NCBI GenBank assembly: GCA_964471275.1
Contig: CAYYGZ010000015.1
Coordinates: 1 to 34,913 of the forward strand
Length of the DNA: 34,913 bases
Direction of reading: 5' to 3'
DNA from: an uncultured bacterium
GTDB lineage: Bacteria > Latescibacterota > UBA2968
Position 1 is the first letter of the stretch; every line of letters begins with the position of its first letter. Below, piece by piece: positions 1 to 9,316 of this stretch. The notes beneath the pieces were generated by a model, which was not told where the DNA came from, made no database searches, and saw only the letters and a program-made list of their open reading frames with translations. The position numbers were made by a program, and so were the translations under genes.

Positions 1-2
1 TC

Positions 3-752
3 AGCCGACTGATGCATCGCGGCGTAAAGGCCTGCGATCGTGTTTGCGTCGTCAGCAAGAAGACTGCAGAATTGACGGAAGAAGCAGGCGTGCCAGCCGA
101 TCGGATTCGGATCGTCTACAACGGCATTGAGCCTCCTGCCTTCGACGATGACACCCTGGCGCTGGCTAGGACGGACCTTGAAGCGAAACTGGGCATTACC
201 TTCGGCAAAGACCGCGTGCTGCTGAACGTGGGGCGGCAGATACAGAGGAAGGGCGTGGCCGAATTTCTCGAAAACGGATTCTCCCTGCTCGATGAGGACA
301 TCCACTTCGTCATCTGCGGGACCGGACCGGACCACAATCGCATACAGGAGACAGCCTCACGGCTGAACATTCCCGACCGTGTCCACATCCTCGGCCTGGT
401 CAGCGACCCGATATCCGCTGCGCTTCGACGGAACTGCGATCTGTTCCTGATGCCCAACGTTCGATATCCCAATGACTTTGAAGGCTTCGGCATCGCGCCG
501 CTCGAAGCGATGTATGACCGATTGCCCGTCGTTGCCTTTGCCGTGGACGCGCTTGTCGAGAGCTGTCGTGAGGGAGGCTACCTCATCCCTGAATCCGACT
601 ATCAGGCTTACGCAGACCAGATCCACAGTTATCTTGGTTCACCATCCCAGGACAGAGAACACTTTGGCAGCAAGGCTCGGGAGTACATCCTGCGCGAATA
701 TGCCTGGTCGCAGACCGGTGACACGTATCTGAAGATCTGGGCCGAACTGTAA
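3..752 (+). CDS. Glycosyltransferase family 4 (GT-B), 5'-truncated by window edge
   Basis: IVYNGI, NVGRQIQRKG and FEGFGIAPLEAM (ExFGxxxxE) motifs of GT4/Glycos_transf_1; frame open to window start. Confidence 0.9.
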   Translation, partial: SRLMHRGVKACDRVCVVSKKTAELTEEAGVPADRIRIVYNGIEPPAFDDDTLALARTDLEAKLGITFGKDRVLLNVGRQIQRKGVAEFLENGFSLLDEDIHFVICGTGPDHNRIQETASRLNIPDRVHILGLVSDPISAALRRNCDLFLMPNVRYPNDFEGFGIAPLEAMYDRLPVVAFAVDALVESCREGGYLIPESDYQAYADQIHSYLGSPSQDREHFGSKAREYILREYAWSQTGDTYLKIWAEL

Positions 753-827
753 AGACAGGAACTGCTGCCCGAATGGCGTGACCTGGAAGGTCGCGTCTAC
801 GCCTCTCACATTTGCCGTCTGCCGCCC

Positions 828-3098
828 TTGCCCTTGTTCAATCGACCCTACCCGAATCTCAGCCAGTCCGTCGGCCTCCTCCTGACCGTCATCATTGTAC
901 TGATGGCGATCGGGTTGCCCGTCGTCCTGATCACCCACTCACTCGAGATGGACCTGTCTGCACACCCGCTGGTCCTAGGTGTCACGAACTTGTTGGCGAT
1001 CGGTTACGTCATCCGCCAATCCGTCGCTCAGCAGGGCGGCACTCTCCTGGAATCCGCTCGGCTTATCCCCGTTGACGCCCGGCTGGCTATACCAATGCTC
1101 GCTACACTGGCCGGAGCGGCGATACTGATCTCGGAACTGGACAACCTCGTCGTTTCCCTGTATCCGGTTCCCGAGGAATGGGCAGCGCCGCTTGCCGAGC
1201 TTGCAACGGGCCAGCACGGCTGGTTCGCCACCATCTTTCTCCTGAACATCGTCGCACCCGTAACCGAAGAGCTCCTGTTCCGCGGCGTAATCCTACACGG
1301 ATTCCTTCAAATCTACCCCACGCGTAAAGCCGTGCTGCTCAGCGCATTCCTGTTCGCCGTGTTCCACCTGAACCCGTGGCAGGGCATCGGAGCGTTCATG
1401 ATGGGCGCCCTGTTTGGCTGGTGGTTTGTCCGGACGCGCTCGCTTCTCCCCTGCCTGCTCGGACATGCGCTCTTCAACGCAATTCCGGTCATCGTATACG
1501 GCATCATGGGGTTTGCGCACCCGGATGTCACAGGACCACCAGAGTTTCAGCCGCTCTGGCTGGATGCCGCAGGCTTACTCTTGCTTGGAGGAGGCGGGTT
1601 CGTTCTGCACCGGACCTTCCAGACCACGATCCCCGTACCTCGTGTCGCCTGGTTGGCTCACATTGTGAGTTTTGCTGACAACCTCCTGGACCACGCGCGC
1701 GACGACTACGGCTCATCGACATCACCGATCTTCGTCAGCCAGATTGATGCACGGAACGGCGAGCTTCCCCCTTCGAATTCCACATTATACGCGACTGCCT
1801 CACGAGGCGGGGCGGGTCCGACATCCAACAACCTGCATTTTGACGGTGGCCTTCTCCGACTGCTGTACGGTCTGTCCGACTACACAGGAGATTCCGCCTA
1901 CGCCTCAGCGGGCAACGACTACCTGTCGCACTACCTGGGACGCCTCCCACTTCCCTCGGGCTATTTCCCGTGGGGAGACCATCGGGGCTACGATGTTGTC
2001 GAGGATGACGTCATTGACGGTTACGGTGAATTCAAGGTCTCCCTACCCGTCTGGGATCGGATGTGGGCCGTCGACCCCGAGGCGGTCATCCGCCAGGCTG
2101 ATGCCCTCAGAAACCACATCATCGATCCGGCGCGCTCCCTTGCCTTCGACCGTCACTACCCACCCGAAAATCTCCCGCACTGTGCGAGCTCATCTGCCGG
2201 TGCCTGGATCGTTCTGTGGACCTTTGTCTACACGCAGACGGATGACCGGCAGTATCTCGATTGGGCAGTCGAGATGGCCGACTATATGTGGTCTCTGAGA
2301 AATCCCGATACCGACTTTCTGGCTGCCCTCCCCTTCGACCCCGCCTACCCGGAAATGCGGAACGACGTGAGTGCACGACGACGTGCGTCACGAACAGAGA
2401 ACCTGGGACCGATGTACGGGTATGCGGCCAACCTGCTTCGCGCCCACAAGCTCGTGTCTCCCGAACAGACGCCCTTCAGATCTCAGGCACTGACCTACAT
2501 CAATGCCTTCGCTTCACGATTCGATACCGACCCGAACGGTCACTTCTTCGCCACGTTTGACCTCGAGTCCGGGGCACCTCTCTTCGACCGAATCTCGGAA
2601 GGCTGGCAAGCCACATCGCAGGCGGAGCCTGATGAGACTTCCAGCAGTGTCGTCGGTCTCCGCGCACCCATCAGCCTAGCACACGCCCATGCGTTCACCC
2701 GCGAACCCGCGTTCCGTGAAGCGTTCGACAGGTTGCAACCCCTCTTCGAAATGGGACGGTTCACAGATCTCGACGCCCCGCCGATGCCGATCTCGGCCGG
2801 CCTGCTCGCTCAGGCAATCGGCGCCTGGACGAACCTGTATGTCACAACGATGGAGTATGGTTATCTTGGTGGGGCCGTCACGCTGGGCCGCTACGCGTTG
2901 CATCATTATCGCCTGAACAACTGGTTCGTGTGCGGCCCCCCGACGGCACCGCGATATCGTGACAACAAAGTCACAGGCTGGGAGACCTACAGCAATCGTG
3001 GAGGCAGCGCAGATCTGGCCCTCGCACTTCTGAGACTTACAGCCATATCGGACGGTCGCTTCGATCTCGTCGAAGACGACGCCATGTGCTATTTCTAG
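828..3098 (+). CDS. CPBP (Abi/CAAX type II) intramembrane protease fused to ~490-aa soluble helical-barrel, pectate-lyase-like domain
   Basis: N-terminal ~265 aa hydrophobic with TEELLFRG, LFAVFH, GHALFN; C-terminal part starts FADNLLDHARDDYG..SPIFVSQID and has YLDWAVEMADYMW-type helical repeats. Confidence 0.8.
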   Translation: MPLFNRPYPNLSQSVGLLLTVIIVLMAIGLPVVLITHSLEMDLSAHPLVLGVTNLLAIGYVIRQSVAQQGGTLLESARLIPVDARLAIPMLATLAGAAILISELDNLVVSLYPVPEEWAAPLAELATGQHGWFATIFLLNIVAPVTEELLFRGVILHGFLQIYPTRKAVLLSAFLFAVFHLNPWQGIGAFMMGALFGWWFVRTRSLLPCLLGHALFNAIPVIVYGIMGFAHPDVTGPPEFQPLWLDAAGLLLLGGGGFVLHRTFQTTIPVPRVAWLAHIVSFADNLLDHARDDYGSSTSPIFVSQIDARNGELPPSNSTLYATASRGGAGPTSNNLHFDGGLLRLLYGLSDYTGDSAYASAGNDYLSHYLGRLPLPSGYFPWGDHRGYDVVEDDVIDGYGEFKVSLPVWDRMWAVDPEAVIRQADALRNHIIDPARSLAFDRHYPPENLPHCASSSAGAWIVLWTFVYTQTDDRQYLDWAVEMADYMWSLRNPDTDFLAALPFDPAYPEMRNDVSARRRASRTENLGPMYGYAANLLRAHKLVSPEQTPFRSQALTYINAFASRFDTDPNGHFFATFDLESGAPLFDRISEGWQATSQAEPDETSSSVVGLRAPISLAHAHAFTREPAFREAFDRLQPLFEMGRFTDLDAPPMPISAGLLAQAIGAWTNLYVTTMEYGYLGGAVTLGRYALHHYRLNNWFVCGPPTAPRYRDNKVTGWETYSNRGGSADLALALLRLTAISDGRFDLVEDDAMCYF

Positions 3099-3276
3099 CC
3101 GCAAGGCGGCAAGTCTTCCCAACGCCACTCGGCTTCGCTTGGGACAAGCGCGAACGGTGAGGGCGCAAAGAGAAAACAGGGATCACAGGGCTGGTCGGGC
3201 CAGAGCGGTTCCTCGCCGACGGGCACCTAACGAAAGGCCCTGTTCACGTTTCGGATTATTCTCGGATTGAGGTTAA

Positions 3277-3804
3277 ATGGCAACATACTACGATCATATC
3301 ATTGAAGAGCAGGCAACGCTGATTCGCAAATCACCGGTCTTCTTCGTTGCCTCGGCCGATCCAGGTTTGGGAATTGGACCGGACAACATCGGCCCGGTCA
3401 ACGTCTCACCAAAGGGGGGCCTCCCCCTCACGATTCTGAACTCAAACCTGGTTGCCTATCTGGACTATCCCGGCAGTGGTAACGAGATGGCAAGACACGC
3501 TGAAGCCGGAGGGCCCTGCACCATCATGGTCTGTTCCTTTGACGAGGACTCAGCGATTGTTCGACTCTATGGCGACGTTCGCGTCACATCGATCGCTGAT
3601 TCATCCATCGCTGACGACCTGCTGCGCGTCTTGCCCACTCCGCCGGAAGACCCGCTCCGCCAGGTCGTCGAGCTTTCGGTCACCCGAACGGCCACCAGCT
3701 GCGGTTTCGGCGTCCCGATGATGGACCTAATACGGGATCGGGGCAAAGACGATCGTGGCCGACACTACTTCGCCCCAAAGGACGCACCACCGGTAGAGAT
3801 CTAG
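3277..3804 (+). CDS. Pyridoxamine 5'-phosphate oxidase-like FMN-binding protein
   Basis: VFFVASA, VNVSPKG, YLDYPGSGNE, IVRLYG, TSCGFGVP; GAGG RBS upstream of ATG. Confidence 0.85.
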   Translation: MATYYDHIIEEQATLIRKSPVFFVASADPGLGIGPDNIGPVNVSPKGGLPLTILNSNLVAYLDYPGSGNEMARHAEAGGPCTIMVCSFDEDSAIVRLYGDVRVTSIADSSIADDLLRVLPTPPEDPLRQVVELSVTRTATSCGFGVPMMDLIRDRGKDDRGRHYFAPKDAPPVEI

Positions 3805-3903
3805 CACTTCCGACACAGTTCAGGATTCTAATCACACAGCACTAAAGACACGAGAGCCGTGTCTTCCAATCTTCTTTCTTTACATCCAAAATCCTCGATA
3901 CCC

Positions 3904-5061
3904 ATGTCCCTACTTGCTGGTTCAGCCACACTCGACATCACGCCCGTCTCTCCCAATCACCTTGCCGGATACGCCAATCGCGACCATCCGCACGAGGGCA
4001 TACACGATCCGCTCTCGCTTCGGGCATTATACGTAACGAACGGGACAGAGCAGCTCGCTCTCGTGTCCGCAGACATCCTCTGGTTCCGGGAAGCGATCGC
4101 AGACCCGATTCACACCTTGGTCCAAGACCAGCTTGGAATCTCGCCGGAATCCGTGATGTTGTGCGGAACACACACACACTCCGCCCCAACCACCAGCGGA
4201 TCGGACAAGAACGACGAGTATCTCCACTTCCTTGCCTCCCAGACCCTCGCGGCCATCGCCCTTTCGCGATCGGGGACGGAGCCCGTCTCGGTCAAGATCT
4301 CCCGGGGCGCCTCCCAGGTCGGCACCAACCGTCGGGAGCAGAAGCCGGACGGCCGAATCGTGCTGGGTGAGAATCCGGACGGCCCGATCGATCGCGAGAT
4401 CATCTTGACCTCCCTCGCGGGGTCATCCGGGAAGGTTGCCGAGATCTGTAGCTTCGCAACGCACGGTACCGTCATGGGCGGGGACAACTACATCATCTCG
4501 GGCGACTGGTGCGGTATGGCGGCCGCCACGCTCGAAGAGACATCAGAAGGCGCCTTCCTTTTCATGAATGGGGGTGCGGCCAACGTGAACCCCAGAGGAC
4601 GCACCCGTCCCAGCTCCTTTGTCATCGCCGAGATGCTGGCGACGGAGTTCGTTCGCGACATCCATACGACACGCGAGGCCAGCGGAACTGTGGACGAGGA
4701 TGAGACATTGTCTGGTGTGTTCAGGACGATCGAGCTGCCGCGGAAACAGAAGGATGTCGAGGACGGAATGGGACGAACTCAGAGAGTCCGCATCCACGGG
4801 ATACGCATCGGCCCGCTCCGCATCGTCGGGTTCCCGGGAGAGGTCTTCTCCCAAACCACGATGGCTGTCAAAGCGGAGCTCGCGCCCGGCACCGTAGCCG
4901 TCAACTCATACACGACCGGCGGTGCTGCAGGATATGTTCCCGTCAAGGAAGCGTACGACACCGGCGGCTACGAAGTTCGCGTTTCACCTTATTCGGAAGA
5001 CGCGGAGGACGTACTGCGGAATGAGTTTATCGGATTGTTGAAGCAGCTCGCCGATAAGTGA
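3904..5061 (+). CDS. Neutral/alkaline ceramidase N-terminal domain-like metallohydrolase
   Basis: DITP, LAGYANR, HDPLSLRAL, CGTHTHSAP, FATHGT, ISGDW, GFPGEVF, GGYE; start taken at ATG 3904. Confidence 0.8.
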   Translation: MSLLAGSATLDITPVSPNHLAGYANRDHPHEGIHDPLSLRALYVTNGTEQLALVSADILWFREAIADPIHTLVQDQLGISPESVMLCGTHTHSAPTTSGSDKNDEYLHFLASQTLAAIALSRSGTEPVSVKISRGASQVGTNRREQKPDGRIVLGENPDGPIDREIILTSLAGSSGKVAEICSFATHGTVMGGDNYIISGDWCGMAAATLEETSEGAFLFMNGGAANVNPRGRTRPSSFVIAEMLATEFVRDIHTTREASGTVDEDETLSGVFRTIELPRKQKDVEDGMGRTQRVRIHGIRIGPLRIVGFPGEVFSQTTMAVKAELAPGTVAVNSYTTGGAAGYVPVKEAYDTGGYEVRVSPYSEDAEDVLRNEFIGLLKQLADK

Positions 5062-5309
5062 GTGAACGGTGGCAACCGATCACCCTGAGTAGGCGCCCTG
5101 CAGGCCAGTGTGTGTTTTCTGCAATAGCAGAGAATGACCGTGCCATATCTAAGGGCGATCACGTCTGTTTCGTGTGTGTGAACCGTTCGCCTTTCGATAC
5201 GACGTGCATCTCTGATACTGCTTACCCGAACCCATTCCGTTCGGCCATGACGCCACTCAAGGTGAACGGTTCGTTGTCCCACTCTTGTCATTTGTCAATG
5301 GTCTTTGAA

Positions 5310-6551
5310 ATGATCTCATCTCAGTTCCCGCAATACACCGACTTCAATCCCGCCGTCCCTGTCTGGTGCATCACGCCCGACATTGACGGATGCGTCCATC
5401 GCTTCTTTGATGCCTCCTCGATCAGCCCTTCGGGTCGCTACGTTGCCATCACACGGTTTCGCTTCGAGGATCGTATGCCCATTCCAGGAGATGCCTGTGA
5501 CATCGTGCTGGTCGATCTCGAATCGGGTGAACAGAAGGTCATCGCCGAATCCCACGGGTTCGACACGCAGCTTGGCGCGCAGGTCCAGTGGGGTGGGAGC
5601 GACACACAGCTCTTCTTCAACGATATGGACTGTGAGACCTGGCGGCCTTTCGGTGTCCTGATGGACCCGCTCTCCGGGGAACGTCGCGAACTGTCCGGAA
5701 CGGTCTATATGGCTGCTCGTGACGGGTCACGAATCGCGAGCACCTGTCTGAAGCGCACGGGCCTGACGCAGGCCGGGTATGGGGTCCTCGTACCGGAAGC
5801 GCACGTGCCTTTGAACGAAGGCCCGGTTGACGATGACGGCCTCTCGATCACGGATGTCGCGACAGACACCACGCGGCTGGCCGCCTCCTACCAACAGATC
5901 CTGGAGACGGCCCGGCCCGCTTATGATCGGTCGCTCTATGTGGATCGTGCCTGGTATGGCTTCCACGTCAAATGGAACCCGCAGGGCAATCGCATCATGA
6001 TGGTCGTCCGGTGCATCCTGCCGGACAAATCGATCCCGGAGAAGCGCAGCGTCATCACGATGGCGGATGACGGATCCGACATCCGCGTTGCCGTGAACGA
6101 GGAAATCTGGGCGTCCGGCGGGCATCACCCGGATTGGGGGCCGGACGGCGAATCCGTTACGATGAACCTGAAACTCGATCACGAGAACCTGAGCCTGATT
6201 CGTATCGGGATTGACGGCAAGAACCTCGAAACGCTGACCACCGTCCGCGGGTCCGGACATCCGACGCTGCATCCCGACGGTCATCACATCCTCACCGACG
6301 TCTACCTGCACGAGAAGCTCTCGTATGGTGATGGCACCGGCCCGATTCGCTGGATCGACTGTGAAACCGACACGGAAGAGGCCATCATCCGGATCAACAA
6401 CAATCCGCCGTATACGGGGATCAAGCGGGAGCTGCGCATCGATCCGCACCCGGCGTGGGATAGAAAGTACAGACACATCATCTTCAACGGCTGCGACAAC
6501 GGTGTCAGACGCGTCTACCTGGCTGACCTGACCGACAAACTGGAAGCGTAA
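5310..6551 (+). CDS. TolB/oligogalacturonate-lyase-like beta-propeller protein
   Basis: Blade-like repeats SPSGRY, HVKWNPQGNRI, HHPDWGPDG, GHPTLHPDG, RIDPHPAWD; start uncertain (5298 or 5310). Confidence 0.7.
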   Translation: MISSQFPQYTDFNPAVPVWCITPDIDGCVHRFFDASSISPSGRYVAITRFRFEDRMPIPGDACDIVLVDLESGEQKVIAESHGFDTQLGAQVQWGGSDTQLFFNDMDCETWRPFGVLMDPLSGERRELSGTVYMAARDGSRIASTCLKRTGLTQAGYGVLVPEAHVPLNEGPVDDDGLSITDVATDTTRLAASYQQILETARPAYDRSLYVDRAWYGFHVKWNPQGNRIMMVVRCILPDKSIPEKRSVITMADDGSDIRVAVNEEIWASGGHHPDWGPDGESVTMNLKLDHENLSLIRIGIDGKNLETLTTVRGSGHPTLHPDGHHILTDVYLHEKLSYGDGTGPIRWIDCETDTEEAIIRINNNPPYTGIKRELRIDPHPAWDRKYRHIIFNGCDNGVRRVYLADLTDKLEA

Positions 6552-7529
6552 ATGAACCTGCTGGAGAGAGATGATTTCGAAACCTTCCTGACCGGTTGCA
6601 TCCGAACAGAAACGACAGATAGGGGGATGCTGCTTCACCGGCATACCGAAAAGCAGGTCGATTACTACGAGAAGGCAAACGAATCGTGGTGGATTCGATC
6701 GCTCTGTCCGGCGGGTATCAAGCTCAGCATCCAGACGAACTCCAGAACACTCGACCTTACCGGACGTATACGCGCCGGTGCCCGCCAGTATGCCGGATTT
6801 GATGTCGAAGTCGACAATCGCCATATCGGCGCGCACCGGATCGACACCAGCGACGAAACACAGACGCTTCGGCTGGCCGAATTCGCCCGGAACCATTTGC
6901 GTCGCATCGTCCTCACATTCCCCCAGAGCGCGATCCCCGAGATCGATTCCATCACTCTCGAAGATGGAGCAGACATCTCGCCAATCGATCGGCCCAATTT
7001 CAAGTATCTCGCCATCGGTGATTCGATCACCCAGGGAATGGATGCCCGGGGACCTGCATCAGCTTACACGCTGCAGATCTCGCGTATGTTGAATGCCGAA
7101 CTGCTGAATATCGGCGTCGGCGGTCATATCTACGACCTCAATGCACTCGACGATGCCCTGCCATACGCACCCGAAATCGTCACAGTCGCCTACGGCACGA
7201 ATGACTGGAGACGAGGCACCACGCGAGAGCAGATCGCCGAGACGGTCGAGCAGTATCTCGATCGTCTGGTCAACACGGTCGCATTGACGGCACAGATCTT
7301 CTTGCTCACACCCATCTGGCGTGAGATCGGTAATGAGAGCAAGGCCGGAGGTACGCTGCTGCAGTTCTCGTCGTCGATCGCGGATGCCGCATCGGTGTTC
7401 ACGGGTGTCACTGTAGTCGACGGAACCACGCTTGTACCGAACCGTTCTGATCTTTTCGTCGACGGAACACACCCGAATGACGAGGGATTCCTCCACTACG
7501 CGATCAACCTCAGCAGGATCATCCAGTAA
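6552..7529 (+). CDS. SGNH/GDSL hydrolase
   Basis: GDSITQG, YGTND, DGTHPN blocks; ATG directly follows upstream TAA. Confidence 0.9.
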   Translation: MNLLERDDFETFLTGCIRTETTDRGMLLHRHTEKQVDYYEKANESWWIRSLCPAGIKLSIQTNSRTLDLTGRIRAGARQYAGFDVEVDNRHIGAHRIDTSDETQTLRLAEFARNHLRRIVLTFPQSAIPEIDSITLEDGADISPIDRPNFKYLAIGDSITQGMDARGPASAYTLQISRMLNAELLNIGVGGHIYDLNALDDALPYAPEIVTVAYGTNDWRRGTTREQIAETVEQYLDRLVNTVALTAQIFLLTPIWREIGNESKAGGTLLQFSSSIADAASVFTGVTVVDGTTLVPNRSDLFVDGTHPNDEGFLHYAINLSRIIQ

Positions 7530-7553
7530 CATCACCGTGGCGTTCACCGCCAT

Positions 7554-8900
7554 TTGACACAACCATCGTCCCGCGTGGCAATCCATTCCTCAGGTCTTCG
7601 ATTGTATTCTCAATTCACCCGATTCCTAGCACCACTGGTCGTCGCCACGATCGTACTGGAGATCGGGGGTCAGTTCCTCAACGGCGGGATGGCCCGTGTT
7701 CCTCGCGCGACAGAAACGCTCGCAGCTTACGGGCTGGCCCTCGGGTTGATGACCATCCTTTCGGGTCCTCTGTATCAGACCCGACAGCTCGCCCTCGCGA
7801 TGATCGACAATCGCCGCCAGCTCCGGACAGCAACACGGTCTGTTGTCGGCGCCGGGATCGTGTTGACCCTTGCGATGGCTGCCCTGGGTTTGGAGGGCTT
7901 CGGACGCTGGCTCGTAGAAGACGTTCACGGCATCTCTCCGAGCCTGGCGGACCAGGCCCAGACAGCGCTTCTCCTGATGTCACCGCTCGCCCTGATCAAC
8001 AGTCTCGTACGCTATTACTCCGGCCTCCTCGCGAGGTTCCGGCGGACGGAGATCATCAGCCTGAGCAGCACCGGCGGCATCATCGTCCGTGTGGCTTCCG
8101 TCTTCCTGCTGCTGAACCGGAATTTTGTGCAGGAGGAGCCGATCCTGCTTCCGATCGTCGTTTCGCTACTCGGGGCATTGATCGAATGGGCCATCGTGAT
8201 GTGGGGTCATCTGCGATACGCGCGACCTGCACTCCCTGCAAGTGGCGATCCCCTCACGTTGGCGGAAATCGTGCGCTTTCTCTGGCCGCTGGCAATCATC
8301 ATGACCTTTCAGGGCCTCAGCCGGCCACTCATAAACCTGGTCGTCTCTCGCGGCAGTGATGCGACGGAGGCTCTGGCCGTTCTGACCGTGGTTTATGCGC
8401 TCGGACACATCCACTACGGCTGGGTTAACGAACTGCGCAGCCTGGCACCCGCCTTCCGGGAAGAAGACAACAGCTTGCCTGGCATTCGACGTTTCTCCGT
8501 TGGGTGCTGCGCCATCTCCTTCACAATCGCTCTGATCCTGTTCTGGACACCGATCAGAAGCTATCTCCTCCTGGACCTGATCGGCATTGAGCCCGTCCTC
8601 GCGGACCGGTGCATCGATTCCCTCCTGATCTTCAGCTTCTTCCCGTTCGCCGTCACGCTCCGCAGCTATTACCATGGAGTCGGTGTCCTCAGACGGATGA
8701 CCGATGCGATGGCCGCCAGCGCACCCTCTCGCATCACGGCAATCGGCATCGCCTTGTTCATCTTTTCATTCACGGGAGTCGCCGGTGCAACCCGGGGGAT
8801 CGGGTCGCTCTTCTGCGGATTTGCCGCGGAAGCACTCGTCGTGTCCTGGGGCATTCGCCGCCGAACACGCACACAATCGGATGGAGATGTGCATATCTAA
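7554..8900 (+). CDS. ANKH (progressive ankylosis)-like MOP/MATE-superfamily transporter
   Basis: Multi-TM protein with [64 protein letters not shown] matching ANKH motifs as recalled; start codon uncertain. Confidence 0.8.
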   Translation: [448 protein letters not shown]

Positions 8901-9244
8901 GACAAACGTATTCGATCTCTTCAAGCTGGATGGGAAGGCCGCCCTGATTACGGGGGGATCGATGTCCCTTGCGTTGGCGCAGGCCGGCGCTCGGGTCGTG
9001 GTCAATTCGCGAACCCAATCCGACTGTGATACGGTTGCGACGCACATTCAGAAATCGACAGGCAACGAAAGCGTGGGTATCGCCGCAGACATCGCTCAGG
9101 AGTCTGCCGTCGATGATCAGTTCGGCAAGGTGATCCGAGCAATTCGGTCGGCTTGACGTCGTGATCAAGGGCGCGGCACTCTTCCAGGCCAGTGATGCGT
9201 CGAGTTATGTGACCAGCTCAGAGCTGTATGTTGATGGTGGATGA
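8887..9244 (+). pseudogene. Short-chain dehydrogenase (gluconate 5-dehydrogenase-like) pseudogene with internal deletion and frameshift
   Basis: LFKLDGKAALITGG with GxG missing; frameshift near 9135; then FGRLDVVI joined in frame to C-terminal KGAALFQASDASSYVTSSELYVDGG-TGA; catalytic YxxxK core absent. Confidence 0.85.
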
Positions 9245-9316
9245 CGTGTTGAGATCGAGGATGTAGAATTGAGGATTGAAATTGAGCCACGCACACACAA
9301 TTCGCTTCGGGATCGC

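Noticed and set aside
828..1620. CPBP 'Abi' domain as a phage-defence gene
   Set aside because: The Abi label of this family is historical; no defence-island context here
5058..5309. N-terminal extension of the beta-propeller ORF
   Set aside because: Cys-rich, non-protein-like, overlaps inverted repeats; real start is likely 5298/5310
5727..6896. 389-aa antisense ORF (also 14400-15383, 18707-19795, 32376-33533)
   Set aside because: Shadow ORFs opposite well-supported genes, expected in GC-rich DNA; no recognisable motifs
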